Assembly: GCA_958296135.2 (NCBI GenBank)
Contig: CATQHZ020000001.1
Span: forward strand, 2,848,001-2,912,000
Reading direction: 5' to 3'
DNA: 64,000 nucleotides
DNA from: an uncultured Poribacteria bacterium
Lineage (GTDB): Bacteria; Poribacteria; WGA-4E; WGA-3G
This document shows positions 47,855-56,835 of this stretch, in pieces. The position numbers were made by a program, and so were the translations under genes. Under the pieces are notes generated by a model. It was not told the DNA's origin and searched no databases. It was given only the letters and a program-made list of their open reading frames with translations. Numbering within the stretch: position 1 is the first letter of the stretch; every line of letters starts with the position of its first letter.

Positions 47855-50800
47855 TTATTTGATGACGACAAGCTTTCCTACCTTGTTCCGGCGCGTCTCT
47901 CCTTGGTGCGCGGTGAATTTATAGAGGTAGACACCGTTGGCAAGCGGCTCGCCGTCTGCATCCAATCCATCGTAGTGGAATTCGTTGTAGGAGATGGCAG
48001 CGTCAAGCGTGTCAATCACTGTGATGAGGCGGCCTGTCACCGTATAAATCTTCAGGCTCACTTCGTCCGCACTTTCGGTAAGGTAATAGGCGAAATCGGT
48101 GCCGCGCCCCGGTGTGAAAGGGTTCGGGAAGTTCGCGATGTTTTTGATCTCAAACTCGCCTGCAACGGTGGCTGTCCGGCCTGTGGATGCCGGGTTGCCG
48201 TTTGCATCCTGCGCTTGCAACCGAATCGCGTATTCGCCTGCCTCCAAGATAGGCGTATAGGTTATTAACAACACGTTGGTATTGACAGGCGACGCGGCGA
48301 TGATATACTCGTCTTGCGGCACGCGCTCGCCGTTTTTGGTAAGAACGATATTCTCCGGGCGCGTGTCTACGCCGTTAGCATCCTCAATGCGCGCAGAGAT
48401 AGTCGGCGTATCGGAGATATAGTCGCCATCGATGAAACCTTGATTTTCAACGGTGAGGTCCAACGCCGGTGGGCGAGAATCAGCGTGGGACAGCAGCGCG
48501 AAGGTGCCGGGCAACTTGACTTGGGTTGAGAGCGTCTCTTCGCTGTTCGTCTCATTGCCGACGCGGATCCAATTGCCGGAATATGCGTCCAGCATGTAGA
48601 TGGACGCTGCGTCCGTAGCTCCTGTCCCTCGCGATGTCTCGGATAAACGGAAGGCGGCGGTTGCCGTGAATCCAGTCTGCGTGTCTAAACCGAGTTCATA
48701 GGCGGCCGGGGCGGCCGCTGCATCGTCCCCTGCAACCGGAATGATATCGGGTTGGTTGGTAATGGTAAGTGCTTTCCGCTCAAACGTCATAAGCGTCGGC
48801 GTTTGAATGCTTCCGGGTGGCAGAGAGAGGCGCAACATGCCATCTCCGCTCACAATGTCCCGCTGCTCCGGTGTGAGAAGGACCCAATTGCTGGAGAAGT
48901 GCCGAGCGGCGGTGTTATTCCGCTCTCTGCGTTCAATGATAGTCCCTTTCGGCTGTGCCTCTGACGGCATGTCCACGACAACCGTGACGAGGTAGTTCCC
49001 GGGTGGGGGTTGCCACGGCACGCTTGCCACGACTTCACTCCCCGGCAGCACTTCTGTCAGTATCTGGACTTCGCCAATCGGGGTTGCGTTTTGGAGTTCT
49101 TCTTCAAGCAGCACTGTTTCTTCAGGCTCCCCGGTTGCTGTCGTCTGAAGAAATTGGACAGGCACGTTTCGCACAGGCTCGGTTCCAAGGTTGACAATCT
49201 TCGCGGAGAGCCTGAAGGGCGACTCGGATAAGTGGATATCCCCTGCGTCCGTAGCGCGAGGGCTTGGCCCGCGCGATGGCGTGGTATGCCACATCAGCGT
49301 TTGCTCCAAAACGCTCAAATCAACGTGAATCTCCCCGAACTCATAACTTTCTATCTCCGATTGGAGTGTCCGTCCGTCCTGCAACGTGATTGCCAGATAG
49401 TAGTCGATTAATTCGTTTTTGGGATAGCCGGGGATAGGTTGCTCGGTGCGATAGGTTGAAACCCCATCAACAGAACTATGCAACACGACCGGAATTGTCT
49501 CAAAATTCACGCCATCTAAGCTCCAAAAAAGCGTCATTGCATTAATGGCATTCTCGTTTTTCACCTCGCCGTAAAAATGCACAGGCTGGTTGGGTTCAAC
49601 AGGATAAGGCGCGATGCGGATGTTCGTTACGTATCGCTCAAGCGCGGTGTAACTCATAGAGCCGACGGCATCCTCATCGGCATTCCATGCGTAAGCGCGG
49701 ACATCCGCTTCATCGAATTGGCTGTTCGCGGGAAGTGGGATGTCTGCCGTGAACCGGCCATTGACGACAGAAACCGTCTCCTGTTCAGGCGGCGCGGCCG
49801 GGAGTTCACTCCTACTGGGACGCGCTGTGGGAACTACGGTTATCTCTGCCTGCCCACTAAAATTGCGATTGGACAGAGTGCCTGACACTGCCACCGAGTT
49901 TTCTCCTACATCTGCTGTTACTTGTATCTGCTTGTGCGGCAACCTGAGCTGAGTCGCCGGATCGCCGAAAAGGGTGAAGACTTCCGCCAGGTCAAAATAG
50001 CCGGGCGCGTTAATGATAAATTGGGTTTTCGCTTGGGCGAGGATGGCCCCGACATGCCGCACCGGTTGCTGGCCCCGGTCTTCCGATGCCTCGAAAATCA
50101 CATCAAAAATCTCTCGATTGAGCGCGTAGTCGCCCTCTAGCAGGCCGATGCTTGTTCCACCGACGACAGCGATGGCACCGCCGCTCTGCGAGCGGAGCAG
50201 TTCTTCGGCGAGGCAGCTCTGTGTTCCATCAAAAAAGCCAGTGAAGCAGGTCATGCTGATAACAAAGGGGAGTTGTTCAATATTGGTGAGGTTTTGCTCG
50301 GGGTCTTCCAGATCCAACATGCGGCTAGATGCCCAGATGCCGCCGCCGCCGTGGCCAATGTAGTTCACGAGGGCGGCCCCGTCGTTGAAGCCGTCAATCA
50401 CTTGTCTGGCGATAGGCGAACGGACGCGTTCATTGAAGGTTTGCTCCTCGTTCGTTGGCGCGAAGATGTCCTTAACCTCATACGTCGCGGCGAGATTGTT
50501 CCGGTCGATGAGCCAGTTGGTTTGCAGGTGAAATACCCAATCTGTGCCAGCGAGCATGAGGAGCCGTTTTTGCCAAGGGCCGGTTTCAGCGTGAATTTCG
50601 TAATTCATTACGCGTTCAACGAAGACTCGCGCGTCCACTCGGTTCCTGGCGGGCATTCTTCCGATGAGCATGTCAGGAAAGTTGTCATCGCCGCGGAAGG
50701 TGACGAACTGGTGGTCTGTCGCGGTTGCGCCGTATCCCGGAATTTGCACCTGTATGGTAGGGACAAAACTGATTTCGTTTTTCAGGTCGAGGTGCGTGTC

Positions 50801-53200
50801 CCCGACGAGCAGCACATAAGTCGGCGCGGGCGGTTGCCAGTTTTCGTAGGCGTATTTCAGGAATGCGCGAATCGCGTATGGGCTCAGAATACCGTGGTTA
50901 AATTCATCGTAAATATTTTGAACGTTTACGACTTTGGTGCGCAGGTCTCCTTGTTGCGCCCGGAACTCGGCGAGGGGTTGCACGTCGGGCAGGAAAGGCG
51001 TATCGGTGATGATGATATAATCCGCGCCGTTGTGCGTGCCTCGCAGATTTTCTGTTGTTTGCAAGGCGTTCGATAAGGGTTGTTGGTGTTGTGATGTGTC
51101 TCTACGTAACCCGTCTTCGCCGTTAAAGAATTTCGGTTTCTGGAACTTCTGTCGCGTCAGTGCAATGTATTGAATGGCTGTATCCTGAGCGTTTCCGTTT
51201 TCTACTGTAGCGTGATGGGCTGTCCCTCGCCATGCGGGTGCTACCCCTGATACCAATGTGCCTTGAAAGACGACGCGGTAAGTGCCTGTCTCCTCATTGA
51301 CAAGCGGATTTAACCCGACGTAACGGGAGCCATCAACGCCATAAATTTCAATGTCGCGGTGCGAGAAATTGTTCAATTGCACCTCGAAATGGGGGTTGAC
51401 GTTGCCGTTCTCGTTGGCGAGCGGGGTAATGGCGAACGGAAGGATGTCCTTTTCTGCGTCAAAGGTTCGCCAATAGTCAACTTCAAGCCAGTTCACCATG
51501 ACGATATCCAACTGTCCCTCTATGCTTGGGAGGAGGGCGCGGAGGGTATTGCTCCCGTTTTTGAGGTAGGACTGCAGGAGTTCCGTGTCCACAAATTGAT
51601 ACTCGGTTTCCCCATCCCATCGTGATTCTTCAAAATTGAGGGTATCATTCAGCCACAAGTCGATGCGGTGTTCTGTGTCAGACCTGCCGTAGAAGTTCAC
51701 CCGTATCGTTGCAAACCGGTCTGTTCCTGCGACACCGGCGAGTGTGAAGGGTAAGGCGACGGCTCGCTTCGGTTCACTCTTTTCGGTTCTGAGCGTGGGT
51801 AGCGATTTCCAGAACCAGCTGTCGCTTGGGAGTGCGGGTAGTTCTGTGAGTTGGAAGTTCCGGGTTTGGAGGCCTGCGCCGATTTCTTCGTAGTCGCTTC
51901 CTTCTGGTAGGTTTGCGTTTGGAAATCGTCGGAATTGGCTATCCTTTTCAAAATGCGCGCGGGTGAGAAAGTGCTGATACACTTGTGCGTTTTGTGCATC
52001 GGCTAGGGGTGTTTTCGTTGCCATCCGGAGGCCGCGTGTGCCGTTCCACGAGAGCCAATAGACGTTCTGATCGGAAAAGGGATGGAAATAGGTGGTTGCG
52101 CCGCGCAGGCGTTGGCCGTAGAAAACGATTTCGTCGTCTGCATCAAACCGGCTATCGCCTTCGCCGCGCACGAAGATGGGTATTTGCCGCCCTCGGTTAG
52201 ACAATTTCAGCGTTGCTGGCACGATGGTGCCGATATCTACGCCTGTTGCTTCCGCCAAATCGCGTCCCGTAATGTGATGTATTCCATCGTGCGTAACGAG
52301 GATTTTATAGCGTGGGGTAGGCAAGGTACTGGCTGGCGCGCTCGGAACCGTTCCCCTTTCCTCGGAACCTGTCCCTCGCGGCCTCCCCGATAAACCAGAC
52401 GTTGCGGCGCGCCACTGCTTCGCGGTTTGCGGATTAATCAACAAATTTCCGAACATCGCGTCGTAGACAGGAGATTCGGGCCGCTGAAAGGCTTGCGGTG
52501 CAGCTGGCGCGCCTCCTGCACCGCGAAACTGCACCGCAACGACAAGGCGATGATAGAGTCTTACCTCCCCCGTGGCCGGGTTATACTGCACCGGATTGAG
52601 TTGGATTGGGAGCACGCGGTTCTCTCGTATCCAGCCAGCCTTTCTCATTTCAGCGACGCTTTCTGGGAAAAAGCGGTTCCCGAACCCCCGCGCGGTTTGC
52701 ACCCGGCGCGTCTTAAATTCACTTTGAACCACGTGCACTTCAAACCCTACGTCCGGTGGAACGCCTATCAACGTCGATTGCATCGGCAGCTGCGGCATCC
52801 CCGGCGCTGTCGTGAAGCGGCATCCGGGAAACGAGAAGAGCCGCACGTCCATGCCTTCTGCTCCCGCGCGGCCAGGGGAACGTAGGGCGCGGGCCTGTCC
52901 CTCGCTTTGCGTCCCGATGTGAAAATCTTTCTCGGCGATGCGGAGTTGAATCGTTACGCTTTGCGGTGTTGCACGCACCAATTCAATATCCGCTGCGTCC
53001 GTAGGGCGAGAGCCTGTCCCTCGCGATGGCTCGGGCTGGATACCGGTGTCGTTGCGCGCAAACGCCGTTGTGCCAAACAGGATGAGAAGAATCAGGCAGA
53101 ACGCATCCCGGAGACGGAGAATTGTCGTGAATAAGGTAGCAAGTTTTGGCGAAGCAACGCTCGCAGGCCGTATAGGCGTGACGGTAACCGTGTGTCTCAT
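47855..53200 (-). CDS. C25 (gingipain-like) cysteine peptidase with propeptide, CARDB-like and C-terminal FlgD-Ig/sorting-like domains
   Basis: DYIIIT, IYDEF, YVLLVGD, IGRMP, catalytic NYIGHG and MTC, LFGDP, and C-terminal NFPNPF...NGVYLY. Confidence 0.88.
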   Translation of the reverse strand: MRHTVTVTPIRPASVASPKLATLFTTILRLRDAFCLILLILFGTTAFARNDTGIQPEPSRGTGSRPTDAADIELVRATPQSVTIQLRIAEKDFHIGTQSEGQARALRSPGRAGAEGMDVRLFSFPGCRFTTAPGMPQLPMQSTLIGVPPDVGFEVHVVQSEFKTRRVQTARGFGNRFFPESVAEMRKAGWIRENRVLPIQLNPVQYNPATGEVRLYHRLVVAVQFRGAGGAPAAPQAFQRPESPVYDAMFGNLLINPQTAKQWRAATSGLSGRPRGTGSEERGTVPSAPASTLPTPRYKILVTHDGIHHITGRDLAEATGVDIGTIVPATLKLSNRGRQIPIFVRGEGDSRFDADDEIVFYGQRLRGATTYFHPFSDQNVYWLSWNGTRGLRMATKTPLADAQNAQVYQHFLTRAHFEKDSQFRRFPNANLPEGSDYEEIGAGLQTRNFQLTELPALPSDSWFWKSLPTLRTEKSEPKRAVALPFTLAGVAGTDRFATIRVNFYGRSDTEHRIDLWLNDTLNFEESRWDGETEYQFVDTELLQSYLKNGSNTLRALLPSIEGQLDIVMVNWLEVDYWRTFDAEKDILPFAITPLANENGNVNPHFEVQLNNFSHRDIEIYGVDGSRYVGLNPLVNEETGTYRVVFQGTLVSGVAPAWRGTAHHATVENGNAQDTAIQYIALTRQKFQKPKFFNGEDGLRRDTSQHQQPLSNALQTTENLRGTHNGADYIIITDTPFLPDVQPLAEFRAQQGDLRTKVVNVQNIYDEFNHGILSPYAIRAFLKYAYENWQPPAPTYVLLVGDTHLDLKNEISFVPTIQVQIPGYGATATDHQFVTFRGDDNFPDMLIGRMPARNRVDARVFVERVMNYEIHAETGPWQKRLLMLAGTDWVFHLQTNWLIDRNNLAATYEVKDIFAPTNEEQTFNERVRSPIARQVIDGFNDGAALVNYIGHGGGGIWASSRMLDLEDPEQNLTNIEQLPFVISMTCFTGFFDGTQSCLAEELLRSQSGGAIAVVGGTSIGLLEGDYALNREIFDVIFEASEDRGQQPVRHVGAILAQAKTQFIINAPGYFDLAEVFTLFGDPATQLRLPHKQIQVTADVGENSVAVSGTLSNRNFSGQAEITVVPTARPSRSELPAAPPEQETVSVVNGRFTADIPLPANSQFDEADVRAYAWNADEDAVGSMSYTALERYVTNIRIAPYPVEPNQPVHFYGEVKNENAINAMTLFWSLDGVNFETIPVVLHSSVDGVSTYRTEQPIPGYPKNELIDYYLAITLQDGRTLQSEIESYEFGEIHVDLSVLEQTLMWHTTPSRGPSPRATDAGDIHLSESPFRLSAKIVNLGTEPVRNVPVQFLQTTATGEPEETVLLEEELQNATPIGEVQILTEVLPGSEVVASVPWQPPPGNYLVTVVVDMPSEAQPKGTIIERRERNNTAARHFSSNWVLLTPEQRDIVSGDGMLRLSLPPGSIQTPTLMTFERKALTITNQPDIIPVAGDDAAAAPAAYELGLDTQTGFTATAAFRLSETSRGTGATDAASIYMLDAYSGNWIRVGNETNSEETLSTQVKLPGTFALLSHADSRPPALDLTVENQGFIDGDYISDTPTISARIEDANGVDTRPENIVLTKNGERVPQDEYIIAASPVNTNVLLITYTPILEAGEYAIRLQAQDANGNPASTGRTATVAGEFEIKNIANFPNPFTPGRGTDFAYYLTESADEVSLKIYTVTGRLITVIDTLDAAISYNEFHYDGLDADGEPLANGVYLYKFTAHQGETRRNKVGKLVVIK

Positions 53201-53871
53201 TTCTTTAGATGATATACCTCAATTTCCCGAAGTTGGGCTATCGCAGGTTGAACGACGCGATAGTGCGGGTAATACTGGCCGACAAGGGTTGTCCGCCGGG
53301 CTACGATTTTATCGTCCGGTGCGGCGACGATTTTGTTCACGATAATATCGTCAACAGTGCGCGTGACGTTGACGCGCAGCATCTGGGTGTGAAAATTCAG
53401 TCTATCAAAGACGAACATCGGTTGCGCGTGTTCGCCATCAAGGTTGCGACGTTGAATGACGGTATCAAATGTCACCCACTCGTCCGTTTCCGCGCTCAGA
53501 TAAGCCATCTGGAACCGGAACAGGTTGCCGTTGTGGATGATAATTTTCCGAACGGGCTGGACCTCGGGGAATCGGACGATGAAGTGCCGCTCATTTTTGG
53601 CGGGGAGCGTCGCCACGGTTTGCAGACTCCCATCGTTCAGACCGGGGTGATTCGCCTCTGTCCCGTGATTGGCGAGAGCGACGTTTTGACTATACTGCGT
53701 TGTCAAAACTTCTGCCATTCTGCAGGCGTTCAGTTGCACGCAGAGAACGAGCAGAACCAAAAGTTGCACAGTCGCCAGAGCGTAAGTCTCGGCAACGTTT
53801 AGACGGCCGGGTGGACGAGTCCTTCCGGGCTTGATAACGCGAAATAACGCGTTGCGAGTTACAAAAATCAT
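53197..53871 (-). CDS. Hypothetical secreted/lipoprotein-like protein (discoidin-like fold possible)
   Basis: Start moved to ATG 53871 (GGAGG SD) because the upstream extension is a translated repeat array; hydrophobic LLVLLVLCVQLNAC; C-terminal LREIEVY. Confidence 0.6.
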   Translation of the reverse strand: MIFVTRNALFRVIKPGRTRPPGRLNVAETYALATVQLLVLLVLCVQLNACRMAEVLTTQYSQNVALANHGTEANHPGLNDGSLQTVATLPAKNERHFIVRFPEVQPVRKIIIHNGNLFRFQMAYLSAETDEWVTFDTVIQRRNLDGEHAQPMFVFDRLNFHTQMLRVNVTRTVDDIIVNKIVAAPDDKIVARRTTLVGQYYPHYRVVQPAIAQLREIEVYHLKK

Positions 53872-53890
53872 TTTTTCCTCCTTCTGTTTA

Positions 53891-54440
53891 TTCGATGTGT
53901 CGCGAGGGGAACCCTCGGCGATTAGCGATCGCCGGGCCCTCGCGCTACGGTGATGGACGGCTGCCCCGTAGGTTGAGGGCCTGTCCCTCAACATGCATCG
54001 AGCGGTGGGGCGGTGTCTTGCGAGTGACAGGTTCTCGCGCGACGGTGATGGACGGCTGCCCCGTAGGTTGAGGGCCTGTCCCTCAACATGCATCGAGCGG
54101 TGGGGCGGTGTCTTGCGAGTGACAGGCCCTCGCGCTTTCGATGTGTCGCGAGGGGAACCCTCGGCGATTAGCGATCGCCGGGCCCTCGCGCGACGGTGAT
54201 GGACGGCTGCCCCGTAGGTTGAGGGCCTGTCCCTCAACATGCATCGAGCGGTGGGGCGGTGTCTTGCGAGTGACAGGTTCTCGCGCTTTCGATGTGTCGC
54301 GAGGGGAACCCTCGGCGATTAGCGATCGCCGGGCCCTCGCGCTACGGACTTGGGGGCCGAGGCATCGCGAGGGACAGGTTTTCCCTCGCGCTACGGACTT
54401 GGGTACCGAGGTGCCACGAGGGACAGACCTTCGCGTGCCG
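53891..54440. repeat. BIME-like intergenic mosaic array of REP variants
   Basis: TCGATGTGTCGCGAGGGGAACCCTCGGCGATTAGCGATCGCCGGGCCCTCGCG x3; GTAGGTTGAGGGCCTGTCCCTCAAC x3. Confidence 0.92.
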
Positions 54441-54443
54441 GAC

Positions 54444-54722
54444 TCAGGGACTGTGTATGACATCAAAATGATCGACGATGCCCATGACGAGTTCACGGAT
54501 GGGCGCGTCTTCAACGCCGAAGACTTCTTGGGCAACGCCGGGGCCTGCCCCGATTATCACCGTATCGCCTTCGCCTGCGCCCACGTAATCCACAGCAATC
54601 GTCGGTGTGCGAACGAGCTCGGATTTTAGGCTGAGCGGTTGGATGAGCAGCAGCGTGCGATGCTGATACGCGGGATGCTTCACAATTGAGACAACTTTGC
54701 CAATGACTTTCGCGAGATACAT
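54444..54722 (-). CDS. EutN/CcmL family microcompartment vertex protein
   Basis: MYLAKVIGKVVS.VKH, AVDYVGAGEGD and MGIVD motifs. Confidence 0.92.
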   Translation of the reverse strand: MYLAKVIGKVVSIVKHPAYQHRTLLLIQPLSLKSELVRTPTIAVDYVGAGEGDTVIIGAGPGVAQEVFGVEDAPIRELVMGIVDHFDVIHSP

Positions 54723-54879
54723 ATTTTTTTGTTCAGGGCAGCGTAAATTTTTAAACGCTTGTTTAGTAGGCGCGCTTTAATGAAGATTCAGGAAATAACC
54801 GGGGCATTTCGGATCCGGGATACGGGCGGGTATTGACATCCGCCCTGCCGTTATGTTGATGCGTCTTCTCTCTGTGCCC

Positions 54880-55164
54880 CTATGGAACCTCTTCCTGATG
54901 AAGAGAGACAGAATCGACAAGCCCGACGATTGCGACATCCACGGGCATCGATTTGCCGGGGTAGATGCGCACGGCATCTCCCCCTGTGACGAAGTATACG
55001 GTTTCGCCGATACCTGCATCCTGCAGGGTATCTACAGCGACGAGCGGTGCGGCACACGGGTGACGCTTTTCGTCCAAAGGTTGCACGATGAGGAGGCGTG
55101 TCCCTGCTAAACTCGGGTCTTTCCGTGTCGCGACGACGGTGCCAATTACTTTTCCTATGTCCAT
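54880..55164 (-). CDS. EutN/CcmL family microcompartment vertex protein
   Basis: MDIGKVIGTVVATRKD, VAVD...AGIGE and PVDVAIVGLVD motifs. Confidence 0.92.
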   Translation of the reverse strand: MDIGKVIGTVVATRKDPSLAGTRLLIVQPLDEKRHPCAAPLVAVDTLQDAGIGETVYFVTGGDAVRIYPGKSMPVDVAIVGLVDSVSLHQEEVP

Positions 55165-55290
55165 TAGTGTTATCTTCCGTTGATTTTCTTCGTATTTCCT
55201 AGCCGTGGTTTGACGTTGTGTTGGCGCGTGCCAAACATAGCATCGCACCAGAAACCCCGAACGAACGCCGTGCGAACGACAGAAGAGTTG

Positions 55291-56769
55291 TCAAGCCTTA
55301 CGTTCTTGGAGTTCATACTCGGCGAGTTTGGTGTGGAGCGTGTTGCGGTTAATGCCGAGCATTTCCGCGGCTTTGCTGCGATTGCCGTTGGTGTGCTCTA
55401 GCACAATTCGGAAGAGGGGTTTCTCGAAAAGCGCGCGAATGTGCGCGTAAAGTTCCCCTTTGCCCGTTTTGGCATCCTCCAGATAACGTTCAACCTGCTC
55501 GCGGAGCATCGCGTCAACATGTTTATCAAAATTGAGCGTCATTTCAGGCTGCAGCGCGCCTTGCCCGACGTGCGTGAAATGCTCGGGGAGCAGCATTTGT
55601 CCGGCGCACATCACTAGGGCGCGTTTGATGGCGTTTTCGAGTTCTCGCACGTTGCCGGGCCACTCGTAAGCGGTGAGTTGCTGGAGCACCTCCGATGAGA
55701 CACCGATGTCCGGGAGGCTGTATTCTTCGACGAATCGGCGCGTGAAAAGCGATACCAATTCTGGGATATCCTCTTTCCGCTCGCGTAGCGGCGGCAGCAC
55801 GATAGGAACAACGTTTAAGCGATAATAAAGGTCTTCCCGGAACAGTTTCTGTTCTACTGCTTGTTCAAGCTTTCTGTTCGTTGCGGCGATGATTCGGACG
55901 TTGACAGTGCGGCGTTCGTTGGAGCCGACAGGTTCTACTTCGCGTTCTTGGAGGACACGTAGCAGTTTCATTTGCACTTCTGCGGGGAGTTCGCCGATTT
56001 CATCGAGGAAAATGGTGCCGGTATCGGCTTGTTCAAACTTCCCTTTGCGCGAGGTGTATGCATCGGTATACGCGCCTTTGACGTGCCCGAAGAGCGCGCT
56101 TTCAATGAGACTCGGCGGGATTGCGCCGCAGTCAAAAACGACGAACGGGTTCTCGGCGCGCGGGCTATTTTGGTGAATCAGCTGCGAGACGAGTTCTTTG
56201 CCGGTGCCGCTTTCTCCGAGTATCAGCACAGTCTCATCGCTAACGGCCGCTCTGCCTATCATCTGATACACCATCTGCATTGTGACGCTTTGCCCGACTA
56301 TCTTCCCCTGCCTGTCTATCTCAATAGCGGATTGTGCTGTGCGCGTCTTGCTGACTTTACGGAGTGCGGACTGTGTTTGGTTCGTCGCGGAGGCGGCGCG
56401 CGCGACTAAGTCCAGCAGCTGCTTTTTGTCAACCGGCTTGGTGAGGTAGCCGTACGCGCGTTGCTTCGCTGCATCTATCGCGGTTTGTGTTGTGCCGTGC
56501 GCCGTGATGATAATGATGGAGGCGGTGCTGTTGAACCGCTGGATATCCTCGATGAGTTCCAGCCCATTTGCGTCACCTAAAAAGATGTCGAGGAGGATGA
56601 CATCTACCTCCGTTTTTCTGGCGGTGGCGAGTGTCTCCTTGCCGTTCCGCGCCTTGAGCGTCTGGTATCCTGCTTGCTGAAGGACAGCGGCGAGGACGCG
56701 TCGGAGGCTATCGTCGTCATCTGCGATAAGGATGCTTGGTTGTTCGCAATGCGTTGTTTTCTGTTGCAT
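55291..56769 (-). CDS. Sigma-54-dependent response regulator (NtrC-like: REC-AAA+-Fis HTH)
   Basis: ILIADDD, GESGTGKE, FLDEIGE, WPGNVREL and LGINRNTL motifs. Confidence 0.93.
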   Translation of the reverse strand: MQQKTTHCEQPSILIADDDDSLRRVLAAVLQQAGYQTLKARNGKETLATARKTEVDVILLDIFLGDANGLELIEDIQRFNSTASIIIITAHGTTQTAIDAAKQRAYGYLTKPVDKKQLLDLVARAASATNQTQSALRKVSKTRTAQSAIEIDRQGKIVGQSVTMQMVYQMIGRAAVSDETVLILGESGTGKELVSQLIHQNSPRAENPFVVFDCGAIPPSLIESALFGHVKGAYTDAYTSRKGKFEQADTGTIFLDEIGELPAEVQMKLLRVLQEREVEPVGSNERRTVNVRIIAATNRKLEQAVEQKLFREDLYYRLNVVPIVLPPLRERKEDIPELVSLFTRRFVEEYSLPDIGVSSEVLQQLTAYEWPGNVRELENAIKRALVMCAGQMLLPEHFTHVGQGALQPEMTLNFDKHVDAMLREQVERYLEDAKTGKGELYAHIRALFEKPLFRIVLEHTNGNRSKAAEMLGINRNTLHTKLAEYELQERKA

Positions 56770-56835
56770 TGAGATTCTCCTACCAGGGCTTCTCGTCCGA
56801 TGAAGATTCAGAGACGAAACGCCATTTGTCTAGAC

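Noticed and set aside
53872-54240. N-terminal extension of the 347-aa ORF and overlapping ORFs
   Set aside because: These are translations of the REP mosaic; a proper SD and ATG lie at 53871.
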